Positions 42,193-52,775 of a DNA stretch of 64,000 bases are shown one piece after another. Origin of the DNA: an uncultured delta proteobacterium (GTDB taxonomy: Bacteria; Desulfobacterota; Binatia; Binatales; Binataceae); the NCBI GenBank assembly GCA_963765675.1, contig CAVXXK010000001.1:1088001-1152000 (forward strand), in the 5' to 3' direction. A model generated the notes under the pieces. The model was not told the origin of the DNA. It did no database searches and saw nothing but the letters and a program-made list of their open reading frames with translations. Numbering within the stretch: position 1 is the stretch's first letter; each line of letters begins with the position of its first letter. The translations under genes and the position numbers were made by a program.

Positions 42193-44013
42193 TAGTCCTG
42201 AATCCTCACCGGGGCGCCCGCGGTCCCGTTCGGAGGAGTCGGGCCGCGACTGATCGTCAGCGTCGCCAAGTCGGCGCTGGGCTCATCGCTGGCCGGCCTC
42301 GGAAGAGCGCGCGGAATGAACTCGACCTGCCGCCTGCGCGGAACGCACGGCTTCACTTTGACGCGGGCGCGATCGAGTCCGGCGATGCAGAGATAGCCTT
42401 CCAGCTTCGGCAGCCGCTGGATCTCCGACGCCATCACCACTGGCTCGGTCCGGCGCGCAGGATGGAGGTTGATACCGGTTGCCGTGCTCGGCCGTGCTTA
42501 TTCCGATCTCCTCGCGCAGCGCCTCGCGCTCGCCGATCTGCCGCGCGATGAAGGTGGCGGTCTCGGGCTCATCCACCCGCAGCAGGAGCTTGGTCGAAGG
42601 CATCGAGGCGAGCACCGCAGCCTGCTCGTGGCCATAGATCCGGCGCAGCTGTGCGATGCTCTGGAACCCCAGCACGGCGGCGAGTCCGCGCTTGCGTCCG
42701 CGCGTTACCAGCGTCTCGAGCTTCGCCTGACGGCCAAGCACCGGCAGCTCGTCCACCACGATCCAGACCCTTCGGCGATCGCCAGCGGAGTTGAGCAGGC
42801 GGCCGACAATGAGGTCGAGCCAGAGGTTCGCGAGCGGCAGCGCCGCCGAGTTGGACTCGTCGCGCATGGTCACGAACAGCCATCCTTCGGGATGCTCGGC
42901 CCATTGGAGCGCGCTCCATGGCGGTCGTCCGTCAGACGGCGGCAGGTACAGGAATGGTCTGGTCGCGTTGGCGACCGTCGCGATAATGCCGGCGCCCTGC
43001 TCGTGCGCGCCGGGATCAATCAGGCTGTATGCGGGCGTGCCGGAGATGGCCTGCTTCAACTTGTCGCGATCGAGTTCGAGCAGCTTCGGGATGCTCTGCG
43101 GCTCTCGCGGCGTGGCGACCTGAAGCAGGCTTTCGAGCAGGGTCCGGCTGGATTGCCGGAAGAAGTGGTCCGACCCACTCTCGTATCCGCGCGGCGGTTC
43201 GGGAATGAGGGACGCCGCGAGCGTCGCCGCGTCAGCCTGGTAGTAGCGCTCGCTCAATTCCAGCCACGGCGACCAGTACGGACAGCGCTCATCGACCGGG
43301 TTCAGGATCAGGTCTCCGCGCGCGGGCCGATAAAATTCCGACAGGTATTCGCACTCGGGATCGACCACGATCGCGAGCTCTCCGCGAGCCTGGATCTGGC
43401 GCAGCAGCGAGCGGATCGCCATCGACTTCCCCGCTCCGGTCGCGCCCGTGATGAGGAAATGCTCGCACTCGATCGAGCGCGGAATGCGCACTCGGGCGAG
43501 TTCGACTCCCGCCCGTTCGCTCCGCAACTCGCTGCGGTGAAGTTCGCGTGAGAGCTGGCGGGGACGGATCAGACTGAGGCCTCGCAGATGCTTCCCCTCG
43601 GGACGATCTTCGGGATCGCGGAGCAAGAGATAGCCGAGCGCGACGAGAGTCAGGCTCGCCGGTACCGCGCCCCAAACGCTGTAAGAGGCGAACCACTCCC
43701 CGAACGAGCGCCCCGAATAGAAGCGCCAGTTCAGGTATGCGTACACGCTTCCAATCGTGCAGCGATGGCCGTGGTACGGCAGCGAGAGGAAGTAGAGTGG
43801 AAGCTTCTGGGTGAAGAGCCAGGCGAGGAACCAGCGTCCGAAGTATTGATGCGCGCCCGCCACCAGCCGGCCACTCCAATACCAGACGAAGAAGAGATCC
43901 GAAGCCGCCCAGACGAGGATCCAAAGCAGCAGAAACCGGAGCCACAGGCGCAGCAGCATCGCGGCTGAACCGCAACTCAATTCGTACCTGATGGCAGTTC
44001 GTGACCAATTCAT
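42192..44013 (-). CDS. Type IV coupling protein (TrwB/TraD-like), frameshift near the C-terminus
   Basis: Two TM segments, HFLITGATGAGKS, VDELP, RGRK.G, GFQSIAQL; tail ASEIQRLPKLEGYL in 42192..42440. Confidence 0.92.
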
Positions 44014-44363
44014 ATCGTGGTTCTCCTGAGCCGCTGCATGTAGCGCTCGGCTTCCTGTTGCGCGGTCTGGCGGATCTGATCGGTAATTTCGGAGCCGACC
44101 TGATGATCGAGCAGATGCTGGAGGGTGAGCCGCGTGCGGGTGAGATCGAAGAGAATCTGGTCGAGGCTGCGCTGCTGGTTGGGTTCGCTGGCCCGCTCGT
44201 CAGGATGAGCGCCGCGATCTCCGGCGAAGTGCTCGGCGAGCACAGCACGGATCAATTTGCGCGGCGCAATTCCTCTGTCCCGCGCCGTCTTCTCGATCCG
44301 TTCCAACAGCTGCGGCGCCAGGCGGACGGTATATGGAATTTCCGGCATCGGACTGCTCTTCAT
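44010..44363 (-). CDS. Ribbon-helix-helix relaxosome accessory protein (TrwA-like)
   Basis: YTVRLAPQLLERIEKTARDRGIAPRKLIR; first gene of the RHH-T4CP-relaxase operon. Confidence 0.75.
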   Translation of the reverse strand: MKSSPMPEIPYTVRLAPQLLERIEKTARDRGIAPRKLIRAVLAEHFAGDRGAHPDERASEPNQQRSLDQILFDLTRTRLTLQHLLDHQVGSEITDQIRQTAQQEAERYMQRLRRTTI

Positions 44364-44374
44364 TTGTTCAAGGC

Positions 44375-44577
44375 GTACACGCCGTACACTTCAATGATTC
44401 CAAGGACTTAGGCTGACGTGCTTCGCGCGGACAGGCGCGCCGTACACGCTCTCGTGTACGAAGAAGCGCGCGCGACCAACGTCACTTTCCGCCGGTCCGT
44501 GTACGTTTCGGTACACTTCGTTCATCCAGAGGGATGAGTGACGTGTCATTCGTAAACACGTGCGCAGCACGTCAGCC
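44375..44577. other. Candidate oriT region
   Basis: Six GTACAC/GTGTAC hexamers and nested inverted repeats upstream of the mob operon. Confidence 0.55.
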
Positions 44578-44626
44578 GGCACCTCGATTAGAGAACTCAC
44601 GGTTGCACCTTCGCGCTGCCATTGGA

Positions 44627-44869
44627 TTAAGCCGGATTTACGACACAGCGCGGTTGGCTGTCAGCGGTGCGCAACCATGATTGGAATTCACGGTCAGCAT
44701 CGAGAAAGGCGTCGAGAATCTCTGGAATGAGCACCCGCATGTCCACAGTCTCGCCATGGACGTGCTCGTAATACTGCGCGTAACGTTCGAGGTTGGCGTT
44801 CAGGTCGCCGGTCAGCATGACCCGGACCTGGACGGAGCGAAGGGGTTTGGTGATGCGTGCGAGTTTCAT
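44627..44869 (-). CDS. DUF2274-like protein
   Basis: LERYAQYY..HGE..LIPEILDAFLDADREF. Confidence 0.8.
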   Translation of the reverse strand: MKLARITKPLRSVQVRVMLTGDLNANLERYAQYYEHVHGETVDMRVLIPEILDAFLDADREFQSWLRTADSQPRCVVNPA

Positions 44870-44913
44870 GTTGAACCTCCAAAACTGCGGAGTTTGAGTG
44901 ACTTCGAATTGAG

Positions 44914-45228
44914 TCAGGGGAAGACGTAATTCAACAGGTGGACGACAAGGAGAGCGATGCAGCCGCCGATTCCGGATCCGGCCAGCCGGCGCGCCTGCTC
45001 GTCGTACCCTCCAAGCGCGTAGAGGATTCCCGCGAGAGCAAACGCCAGCACGATGATCGCTGGCGCCATAGAATCAATCATGAAGTTCTGCAAGACAATC
45101 AGCGTCCGGTCCCACGGCAATCCGTCAGCAGTCGGACCGGCCAAGCAAGGACCTGCTGAGAGCAAGAAGGCGGACGCCACAGCAGTGGTCACAAGTCTGA
45201 TTGATGTGCGTGGGAATGATCGTTTCAT
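44914..45228 (-). CDS. trbC: TrbC/VirB2 conjugative pilin
   Basis: Signal peptide, GLPWD..L, two hydrophobic helices. Confidence 0.78.
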   Translation of the reverse strand: MKRSFPRTSIRLVTTAVASAFLLSAGPCLAGPTADGLPWDRTLIVLQNFMIDSMAPAIIVLAFALAGILYALGGYDEQARRLAGSGIGGCIALLVVHLLNYVFP

Positions 45229-45267
45229 CGCGGTTCCTTGTCCATCGAATGTTTCGGTGTTGACTGA

Positions 45268-45726
<459 letters not shown>

Positions 45727-45759
45727 GGCTTTTTCTTCATCACACGAGAGTGCTCAAGC

Positions 45760-46723
45760 TTATACAGGCCGCGCTCGTGCCACATTCATGAATTTTCCGT
45801 TCGCGACACGGCGCGCTCGGAAAATTTCGGCGACCCCTAGAAGGCGCAATTTGCTGCGATCTCCTTCGAACAGAGCCGGATGGGCCAGCAGGGCTTCTAT
45901 ACCTGCGCGGGACAGCGGCTGCAGCCAGATCGGCCAGACGAAAAACCATCCGTCACTTTCGCGAGTAGCTCCGACAACTTGCATTCGGCTCGCACGGGAT
46001 GCGGTCGAGAACGACAGAAACCCGATGGCGGCGAGACGATTCGCGCCGACCACCGTCGGCGCCGCGCCGGCGAGGCTGGGGTCATCGTATCTGAGCGCGT
46101 AGCGCTGATCGTCTTCGGGATCCCAACGGAATCCGTCCGCATCATCCTCGCGCCGCCAGGGCTGGAATAACGCTTCGGCGATTCTAGCGGCTTCGGTGAA
46201 ATCCGGAGGCGACTTGAGCTTCTGCAGGCGATTCGGAAGGCTGCCGCGCGCCACGTCGACCAGCCGTTCCAGAAAATTCTGATGTCCTTGTCCGAACATC
46301 ATTACCAAAGGCGCCGCAGAGAGGCGGCCGTCTTTTTTCTGGAGCTTCTGGGGCCACTCCGCCGTCAACGCCGAGGCGAGGGCGGCTCCAACGGATTTCT
46401 TCTGCATGCGAGTGGCGTATGAACGATAATCCTCGGCGGTAAAATCAACGTTCGTACGTTGATCAACGTCGAAATGCTGAGTGAGCTCCGCAAGTCCTTC
46501 ATTCGCCGCCTGCGCGATCTCTATCTGCTCCGGAAAAGCGGCGAGGTGTAACTGTGCCGCCCACGGCGGACCCTTCAGGAGATGCGCGGCTGCCAATCGG
46601 GCCGTGCGGTTTCGAGCGCGTGAAGAAGTCCGAGCAGCGCCAGAATGCTAATAGATTATCGGGTTCGAGGCCCGGCATCGGAAGCGATTGCGTGTCGCCT
46701 GCGGGATCGAGCGGCGTCATCAT
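45760..46723 (-). CDS. Type I-G short large-subunit-type Cas protein (Cas8g/Csb3-like), two frameshifts near the 5' end
   Basis: GLEPDNLLAF(L)ALLG, MMFGQGHQNFL, RWDPEDDQRYALR, GANRLA, WPIW; ATGA-coupled to cas3; indels at about 46644 and 46576. Confidence 0.8.
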
Positions 46724-49656
46724 GGTCGATCCTCGTCCTGTTCCGCCTCCGACCGGCGATGGTCGGCCAGACGCAATATCGCTTCGAGCCGCGCCAGGCC
46801 CCAAACGCTATAGCGGCGCTTGAGGCGTTCGGAGATATCGAGCCACGCCGCTGTCAGGTCGGCCAGTGAACGCGCGGGCTTGGAGACGATCGTGCCGTCC
46901 CCGAGATCGGTTGCGAAAGTTTCTCCCTCGCCCGGCCATTCACGTTCGGGCGACGGAAAGAACGGCCGGCCGTGGCCATGATGGGTTCCGATCAGCCAAA
47001 GAATAAGATCGGGATCGTTGGCGAGGCCGAAACGCGGATGCGCTTCTGCAAAGCGCAGCGAGGCGACCTCGTGGCGCGCTCCTTTTGGTAGACCGGCGCG
47101 GATACGCACCTCTTCCCAGGCGCGCGGACTGTCCGGCAGCTTGGCCAGCTTGGCGCTTTTGGCGAGGTCGGGTCCGAAAGTTGCGGCGATTTCGTCTGCG
47201 CCATAGAGCATGAGCTTGAAGTTAGGCTGCGCCTTTCCTGCATCATGAAGATAAGCGGCCAGAATCAGATCCTCCGCGACGCCGGAAGGCAAACCGGCCT
47301 GTTTGGCGAAGCGGCCCGCGTAACTCTCGACGCCCTTGGAATGCTCGCCAAGAGTGATGCTTTTTTGCGGACCGGCGCGGAGGCTTTCATCGTCTTCTGT
47401 AACGGCGTCGCCGCCAGAATCGCTTTGTGTTTTTCTGCGAAGGCTTAGCAGCTTGCGCTCGATGGCCAGCGGTCTTCCGTTCGACGCTCGGATAACCCGC
47501 GGCTTCGTAAAATCGGCTTCGTCAGTTCCTTCGGAATATTTTCCAAATTGATCGAGGATCACTTTGGCGGGCCAATCGGTCATTTCGGCAGTCGAACCGG
47601 CCTTCTGCTCGCTTAGTTCAGCTTTCGTAAGCCTGAAAATGTCTCGGCCACGTTGCTGAAGATTGGCTTTGCGCGCCAAGTCCTTAACTCGGTCTTTCGA
47701 TCCTGGCGCCCATCCCCACCGATCGCACCCGCCGCGCGACGCCGGAACGACGATTATGTCGCCCGGCCGCAGATCGCCCGCGATTAACTCGGTGCCTTTG
47801 TCGCTCTTGCCGCGCCACCGAAGCGCCTTGCATGGTCGCGACGAAAAACGCTGCGCCGACTCCTCGATCCCAGCCTCTACGTCCGCGAGCTCGCCAGCCG
47901 GTTGTCCGCGCAACCATCGCCGAGCCTCGGCTATCGGAACCGAAACCGCCTCCAGGCTGGACGGTGGGCAAACCGCGATGCGCTCTCGCCAGACCTCCTG
48001 TTTTTGTCCTTCATCGACCTCATCATCGAGATCGGCGCGCCATACGATTTCCACATCCGGTGGGCCGCTTTCCGGACCGTGCAGATACAGAGACACCTCC
48101 GGATCGGCGGCTGGTCTCGGCGAGGTGCGGCTCCAGAATTCGATCGCGCTCGGCAGCAAAACCGGAGCATCCTTTCGCGGAGCCAGACACGACGCCAGCG
48201 CTCCGCCTTGCGGAACCCAGGCGGCGGAACGCTCGATGCCAAAATCGATAACGTGCCGAGCTGCGTTGCCTCGATCCTGCACTTCGCTGTTTTCCATCAA
48301 AAGATTCCAGGTGGATTGCGAGGCGTGGCCATAGATTGGATCGGGCGGTGCACTTTTCCGGATCTGATCCGGAGACGCAATGATCGCGGCTCGCGCGTCT
48401 ATGTCGCGGCCCATGCGGTTGAGACGGCCGAAGCGTTGGCGGAGGCAATCCAACGGAGCGATTTCAGTGATCAAGGCGTCGAAATCCAAATCGGCACCCG
48501 CCTCTATGCACTGCGTGGCAACGACGAGCAGGGGAGCGGTTCGAGGTTTTCTTCCTGGCCCCGCCTGGACAAAAGGCAGCAGCCCGCGCGTGATTTCATC
48601 GCGATCGAGATCGCGCGTGCGGCCGATCAGCAAGGCGGCTTCCGGCGAGGAAAGCGAATCCTCCTGACACTCTGCCTCCGGGAACGGGCGCGCGACATTC
48701 TTTAGCAACGTCTCGAACACCAGACGCGCCCGTTTCACGCGATTTACGACCACAGCAACAACGCTGCCGCCACCGATCCTGGTGGCGAGTTCCCAAGCCT
48801 TGTCGGCCAACTCGCCTGGTAGAGCGGCCTCGCTCGCCTTCGTTTCGATCAGTTCGGCGGGCTTTGAGGCGCGCAGCCGCTTGCCGAGCCGCGAATTGCC
48901 ACGATCCTCGTCTGCGATCCGGAACGGGTGTTCGGCAGGCTCGCCGCGAGTATTCTCCGCATACGTCGCGGAAAGAGTCACGATGCCAAACGGCGCGGCA
49001 GCGGCATCCCCGCTCCATGGCTGCTTTCGAAAGATCAAAGTGTCGCGCGCCGTCTGAACAAACGGCTGAGAAAGATGCGCTTCATCGAGCAGGAGAAGCG
49101 TATCGCAGCCGAGCAGTCCCGCATGAATCGGCTTCATCGAATCCGAAACTCCATAGCCTCGGAACAGGAGCCGAGATCCAACCTGGTCCACAGTCGAAAC
49201 GACCACCGTGGGTTGCGCCGGGGTGCGCACCCAATCAGGTTCCTTGGGCATGCCGCCGCGCAGCCTCGCGACCGCGAGCGGATGGTCCTCGTCTTCGGCA
49301 AGAAAGCGCAGTCGGTCGGCGACGCGTCTCAGAACTCCTTCTTTCGCTTCCGCAAGCTTCGTTGCAATCATTTGCGCGCGGCCATAGGCGTCATCAACGA
49401 TCAGGCGTCGATCGACCACGAACAGGATCCGCACGGCGGCGTGGCGTTCGGCGCCGCGCGTTGCTTCCAGTGCCAAGTGAAACACCGCAACATCGATCGC
49501 GGCCGTCTTGCCGGCACCGGTTGGAATATCGAGGGCCCGGGGCCATCCTTCCGCGAAAACCCTCTGTGCCAGCCGCTCCTGCCAGGGAAAAGGCACCAAG
49601 CCATGCAGTTCACTGAAAAATTCGCGAAATTCGTCCGGGCGAAGATCAGGATTCAA
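46720..49656 (-). CDS. cas3: Type I-G Cas3 (helicase with C-terminal HD nuclease)
   Basis: PFPWQ, PTGAGKT, DRRLIVD, DEAH, QRFGRLNR, HDAGK, HHGHGRP, ADHRRS. Confidence 0.96.
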   Translation of the reverse strand: MNPDLRPDEFREFFSELHGLVPFPWQERLAQRVFAEGWPRALDIPTGAGKTAAIDVAVFHLALEATRGAERHAAVRILFVVDRRLIVDDAYGRAQMIATKLAEAKEGVLRRVADRLRFLAEDEDHPLAVARLRGGMPKEPDWVRTPAQPTVVVSTVDQVGSRLLFRGYGVSDSMKPIHAGLLGCDTLLLLDEAHLSQPFVQTARDTLIFRKQPWSGDAAAAPFGIVTLSATYAENTRGEPAEHPFRIADEDRGNSRLGKRLRASKPAELIETKASEAALPGELADKAWELATRIGGGSVVAVVVNRVKRARLVFETLLKNVARPFPEAECQEDSLSSPEAALLIGRTRDLDRDEITRGLLPFVQAGPGRKPRTAPLLVVATQCIEAGADLDFDALITEIAPLDCLRQRFGRLNRMGRDIDARAAIIASPDQIRKSAPPDPIYGHASQSTWNLLMENSEVQDRGNAARHVIDFGIERSAAWVPQGGALASCLAPRKDAPVLLPSAIEFWSRTSPRPAADPEVSLYLHGPESGPPDVEIVWRADLDDEVDEGQKQEVWRERIAVCPPSSLEAVSVPIAEARRWLRGQPAGELADVEAGIEESAQRFSSRPCKALRWRGKSDKGTELIAGDLRPGDIIVVPASRGGCDRWGWAPGSKDRVKDLARKANLQQRGRDIFRLTKAELSEQKAGSTAEMTDWPAKVILDQFGKYSEGTDEADFTKPRVIRASNGRPLAIERKLLSLRRKTQSDSGGDAVTEDDESLRAGPQKSITLGEHSKGVESYAGRFAKQAGLPSGVAEDLILAAYLHDAGKAQPNFKLMLYGADEIAATFGPDLAKSAKLAKLPDSPRAWEEVRIRAGLPKGARHEVASLRFAEAHPRFGLANDPDLILWLIGTHHGHGRPFFPSPEREWPGEGETFATDLGDGTIVSKPARSLADLTAAWLDISERLKRRYSVWGLARLEAILRLADHRRSEAEQDEDRP

Positions 49657-51113
49657 AAGTCTCGCTCCTCAGCCAGCGGCAGGCACAGACCAAAACCGTG
49701 AAAGCGACCGGCACCGATGAGCACGGGACCCTCGACCGGCTCGGGGAATCTCAGGATCACATGGCGGCGCGGCCGGCTGGCGAACTTTGCGCCGTCGGGG
49801 AAGCTCCAGTCAGGTCCGGGACGTTTTCCGCCCGGCGAGTACGCCGATGGAGCGCCCTGCACGGCGGGATGCTTGTGAATCTCGATCTCCACGGGCTCGG
49901 GCAGTCCGATATTGCCGCAGGCTGCGGCAATCAGGCGACCCTCTTCTATCGGATCTCCATGATCGGGATATCGGTCCAGGAGCACGGGTGTGGCGCTGGC
50001 CCACGAGATGGCGGCCCGGCACCAACGTTCGGGCTTGAGAGAGGCGCGCGATGGTGTAACCGTACGCTCGACGCGCCAGAGCATTGTGGAGGAGAGGCGC
50101 AACTCCGCATACGCCTCGCTGTCCTCATTGACAGGTGCAAATCCTCCGAGCGCGCGTAGAACGCGGTTCCGGTCAGTACCCTCCGCAGTGCGCGGCAGGA
50201 TAACCGCGAAGCCAAGCAAATCCCCTGTTGCATGAGACCATCCAACATTGGCAAGGGGAACGATCGCGAGATGCGGCCTGGAACTAGCTTCACCGCCGGG
50301 CGTATGACCCGAGATGATCTCCGGGCTCGGTTGCGGTCCATGCTTCATCAAGGAAGCGCGTACGCACTTCGCCACGTGCGCAAAAGCCAAGAGATCGGGG
50401 CGAACACCGCCCGCGTCTTCGAATACGAACCAATCCTGCGCGGCGCCGAAAACGCTTTTGGTCGCCTGCGTCGGCGGTGGCGGCTCGGGTTCGAGGTAAC
50501 GGATCGACATGCCGCTTTGCGGCCGCTCGTCTTTAGAGAGCCAGTCTTCCAGGCGCCGCAAACGACCGGGATGTGCGACTCGCAGCGCGACGTTTCCATC
50601 GGTGTCAGGGTGCCAGAGCAGCGAGCCGTCTTCCGTCGCATCGATGAAGGCGAAACGAACTAGGGAAGCAGAATGCCCGAGGCTCGCAACGCGATGGGCC
50701 AGAGCCTCAAGCGCAGTTCGGTGCTCGGACTGGCCGGGCGCTTCGTGCCAGATCAATCTAACGGTCGAATGGACCGGAATCGCGACCTGAAAGTTGCGGG
50801 CTTGCCGGGACCTGCGGTCGGGGAGCAGAGCAATCCTGTCCTTATCTCTGGGCGAATCGTTCGGCGGAACAAAAACCGTTGGTGTCGAGCGTTGGTCGCA
50901 GCCCCGCATCGGATCAGCTTCTATGCGGGGTGCGGTAAGAGATTCCAGCCATTCAAGGGCCGCGCGCTCCTTGACATCACACCCGCCGTAACCCCAAGCC
51001 TGCACCAATGCCGAGAACGCGCGCTCCGGATGCGGCGGCCATTCCGCGGCAGAATTGTCCGGCAACGCGGCGCGGTAAACGCCGGTGAGCAACTCGATTT
51101 CGAGTGCAAGCAT
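49653..51113 (-). CDS. csb2: Type I-G Csb2 (Cas5-Cas6 fusion)
   Basis: EWPPHPERAFSALV, FVPPND, GHSASLV, WASATP, GPVLIGAGRFHGFGLC. Confidence 0.93.
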   Translation of the reverse strand: MLALEIELLTGVYRAALPDNSAAEWPPHPERAFSALVQAWGYGGCDVKERAALEWLESLTAPRIEADPMRGCDQRSTPTVFVPPNDSPRDKDRIALLPDRRSRQARNFQVAIPVHSTVRLIWHEAPGQSEHRTALEALAHRVASLGHSASLVRFAFIDATEDGSLLWHPDTDGNVALRVAHPGRLRRLEDWLSKDERPQSGMSIRYLEPEPPPPTQATKSVFGAAQDWFVFEDAGGVRPDLLAFAHVAKCVRASLMKHGPQPSPEIISGHTPGGEASSRPHLAIVPLANVGWSHATGDLLGFAVILPRTAEGTDRNRVLRALGGFAPVNEDSEAYAELRLSSTMLWRVERTVTPSRASLKPERWCRAAISWASATPVLLDRYPDHGDPIEEGRLIAAACGNIGLPEPVEIEIHKHPAVQGAPSAYSPGGKRPGPDWSFPDGAKFASRPRRHVILRFPEPVEGPVLIGAGRFHGFGLCLPLAEERDF

Positions 51114-51119
51114 CGCGCG

Positions 51120-52409
51120 TCATTCCTTCGCGGGCTCGGCGTCCGTTTCCTCTTCGGCTTTTCCCTGGAGAGCCAATTCGCGGCTCGCGCTGACCAGTTG
51201 CACCAGCTTCGCTTGCGGCTTCAGAACAAGATCCTCCTCGTTCCAGCCGAGTCCCGCAGCCCTCGCAGCCCCAACGGCCTCGGTCGCCAAACGGGTAGCC
51301 TGGCCGAAATCGAGGTCCACCATTTCGATGGCGCCGTTGGTATCGATGATTTCGAAGCCGGGCGCGGAATTCCCCTCAGGGATAAGATCGCATCGCGAGC
51401 GCAGAAAATATCCATTGCGATCCTGCGCGGCGACGGCGGCAAGGCCTAAGGCGGCCAGTGCAGTCTGCGCCGCCCAATCCGCAGCCAAACCGCTGGAACC
51501 GGCCACGAAGCGCAAGCGGCGCAAGGCCGCGAAAGAAAGCACGAAGCTATGCAGCACGTAGTCGACGCTGACTCCGAGTAATGCAACGGTCGGCGCGATA
51601 TTGGAATGATTGATCTCCGACGGCCTCACTTCCTTTGGCGCATCTTTACCCTTTTTCTCTTTCGGCGGCTCGAGAGACCAATCACCGTTTGGAAATTTGT
51701 AGACCGTTATGCCGCTTCGGATGCCGAGCGGATCGATACGGCTGCCCGTCCGCTTTCCCGAAGGTTGGTCAAGCACTTCAAGCTCGCCGGTACGGCGATT
51801 GAGGAACGGTTCGCGCTCCGTTGCCACTCCGACGCCAACGATCTCCGATACGACGCAGCGAGGAAACTTAGCGCCGAGACCGCCGCCTTCTGAGGTTGAA
51901 TTCCAAGCGCCGAATACCAGCGCGGTCGGCGAAAGCTCATAGACAGCGCGCGCATTGTTTGATTTTGCTTCTGTGAGACGGCGACCTTGTTCTGTCTCCC
52001 GGAAGCGGATGCCGTTCAGTTCGGAATCCCGGATGATCGCGTCGAAAACACGATGCGGCGCATCGAGCGTGGTGATGCGGCCGATGTCAGCAACCTCGGT
52101 GTTCGAAAAATCGACGGTGATCATTGGGAAGTTAAGAGCGCCCGTCTCCCGCGCGACCTTCAGCGCCTCCTCTAGGCGGTTAGCCTGACTCTGCACGCTG
52201 TCGATCAATACGCAGAGCACATTCTCGCCCCCGATTCGTCGCCGCTCGAAGACATGGCGCGGCGGCACATTACGGCCGCCACGGTCACCTGGATAGGTTG
52301 GCGGGAAGATCTTGTCGCCGGGGCCGCCAGTAGGCTGTAGCTTCCGAACGCGCCGGATTGCGGCCGCGTTCGCAACTGAGGTGCGCAATTTTTCCAATGT
52401 AACGATCAT
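51120..52409 (-). CDS. csb1: Type I-G Csb1/Cas7
   Basis: KIFPPTY, IDSVQSQANRLE, APHRVFDA, PTALVFGAWNS, SRIDPLGI, LRSRCDL. Confidence 0.95.
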   Translation of the reverse strand: MIVTLEKLRTSVANAAAIRRVRKLQPTGGPGDKIFPPTYPGDRGGRNVPPRHVFERRRIGGENVLCVLIDSVQSQANRLEEALKVARETGALNFPMITVDFSNTEVADIGRITTLDAPHRVFDAIIRDSELNGIRFRETEQGRRLTEAKSNNARAVYELSPTALVFGAWNSTSEGGGLGAKFPRCVVSEIVGVGVATEREPFLNRRTGELEVLDQPSGKRTGSRIDPLGIRSGITVYKFPNGDWSLEPPKEKKGKDAPKEVRPSEINHSNIAPTVALLGVSVDYVLHSFVLSFAALRRLRFVAGSSGLAADWAAQTALAALGLAAVAAQDRNGYFLRSRCDLIPEGNSAPGFEIIDTNGAIEMVDLDFGQATRLATEAVGAARAAGLGWNEEDLVLKPQAKLVQLVSASRELALQGKAEEETDAEPAKE

Positions 52410-52641
52410 CGGTATTCTCCTCTGCGGCTACTTTCGAGAGCCAACCTCGGCGATGGGGCTTCGTGAGCGCATCAGCGTTTTCGAAAGGCTGCTCGCCATC
52501 GCGTGTGATTTCCAAGAAACGCGATTCGGATTGAGTTAACTCGACGATTTCGCGAGCGGAATAACGGCGGGAATGAATCGCCCGCTCATTTATGGTTACG
52601 CGGTCGTTCGTTATAAGGAATCTAAGAGTGATCTGCGCCAT
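52285..52641 (-). CDS. Small hypothetical ORF leading the cas interference operon (3' end uncertain, overlaps csb1)
   Basis: ATG 52641, MAQITLRFLITNDRVTINERAIHS..; fills the 230 bp between the promoter and csb1. Confidence 0.45.
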   Translation of the reverse strand: MAQITLRFLITNDRVTINERAIHSRRYSAREIVELTQSESRFLEITRDGEQPFENADALTKPHRRGWLSKVAAEENTDDRYIGKIAHLSCERGRNPARSEATAYWRPRRQDLPANLSR

Positions 52642-52715
52642 GTGTTTTCTCGCCGCATGGTTACAAAGATGCGTGAGATTTACCAGTCCTTTTTTGCGAA
52701 TGCAACCCCCGCCCT

Positions 52716-52734
52716 TACCCACCCCTGATTGGAA
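52716..52734 (-). promoter_or_regulatory. Predicted target of the mini-CRISPR guide (TTC PAM plus partial protospacer)
   Basis: Minus strand TTC-CAATCAGGGGTGGGTA versus guide CAATCCGGCGTGGGTA (14/16); about 10 bp upstream of a TTGCAT -35-like hexamer. Confidence 0.75.
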
Positions 52735-52739
52735 AGAGA

Positions 52740-52768
52740 TTGATTCTGGCGTATGGGCCTGCTAGCTT
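52740..52768 (+). promoter_or_regulatory. Promoter of the mini-CRISPR RNA
   Basis: TTGATT-N17-TAGCTT with extended TG; predicted start near 52775. Confidence 0.65.
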
Positions 52769-52775
52769 TAAGTTG

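Noticed and set aside
52742-52752. Second weak match of the mini-CRISPR guide (GATTCTGGCGT) inside its own promoter
   Set aside because: Mismatches at seed positions 1 and 3 and no TTN PAM in register
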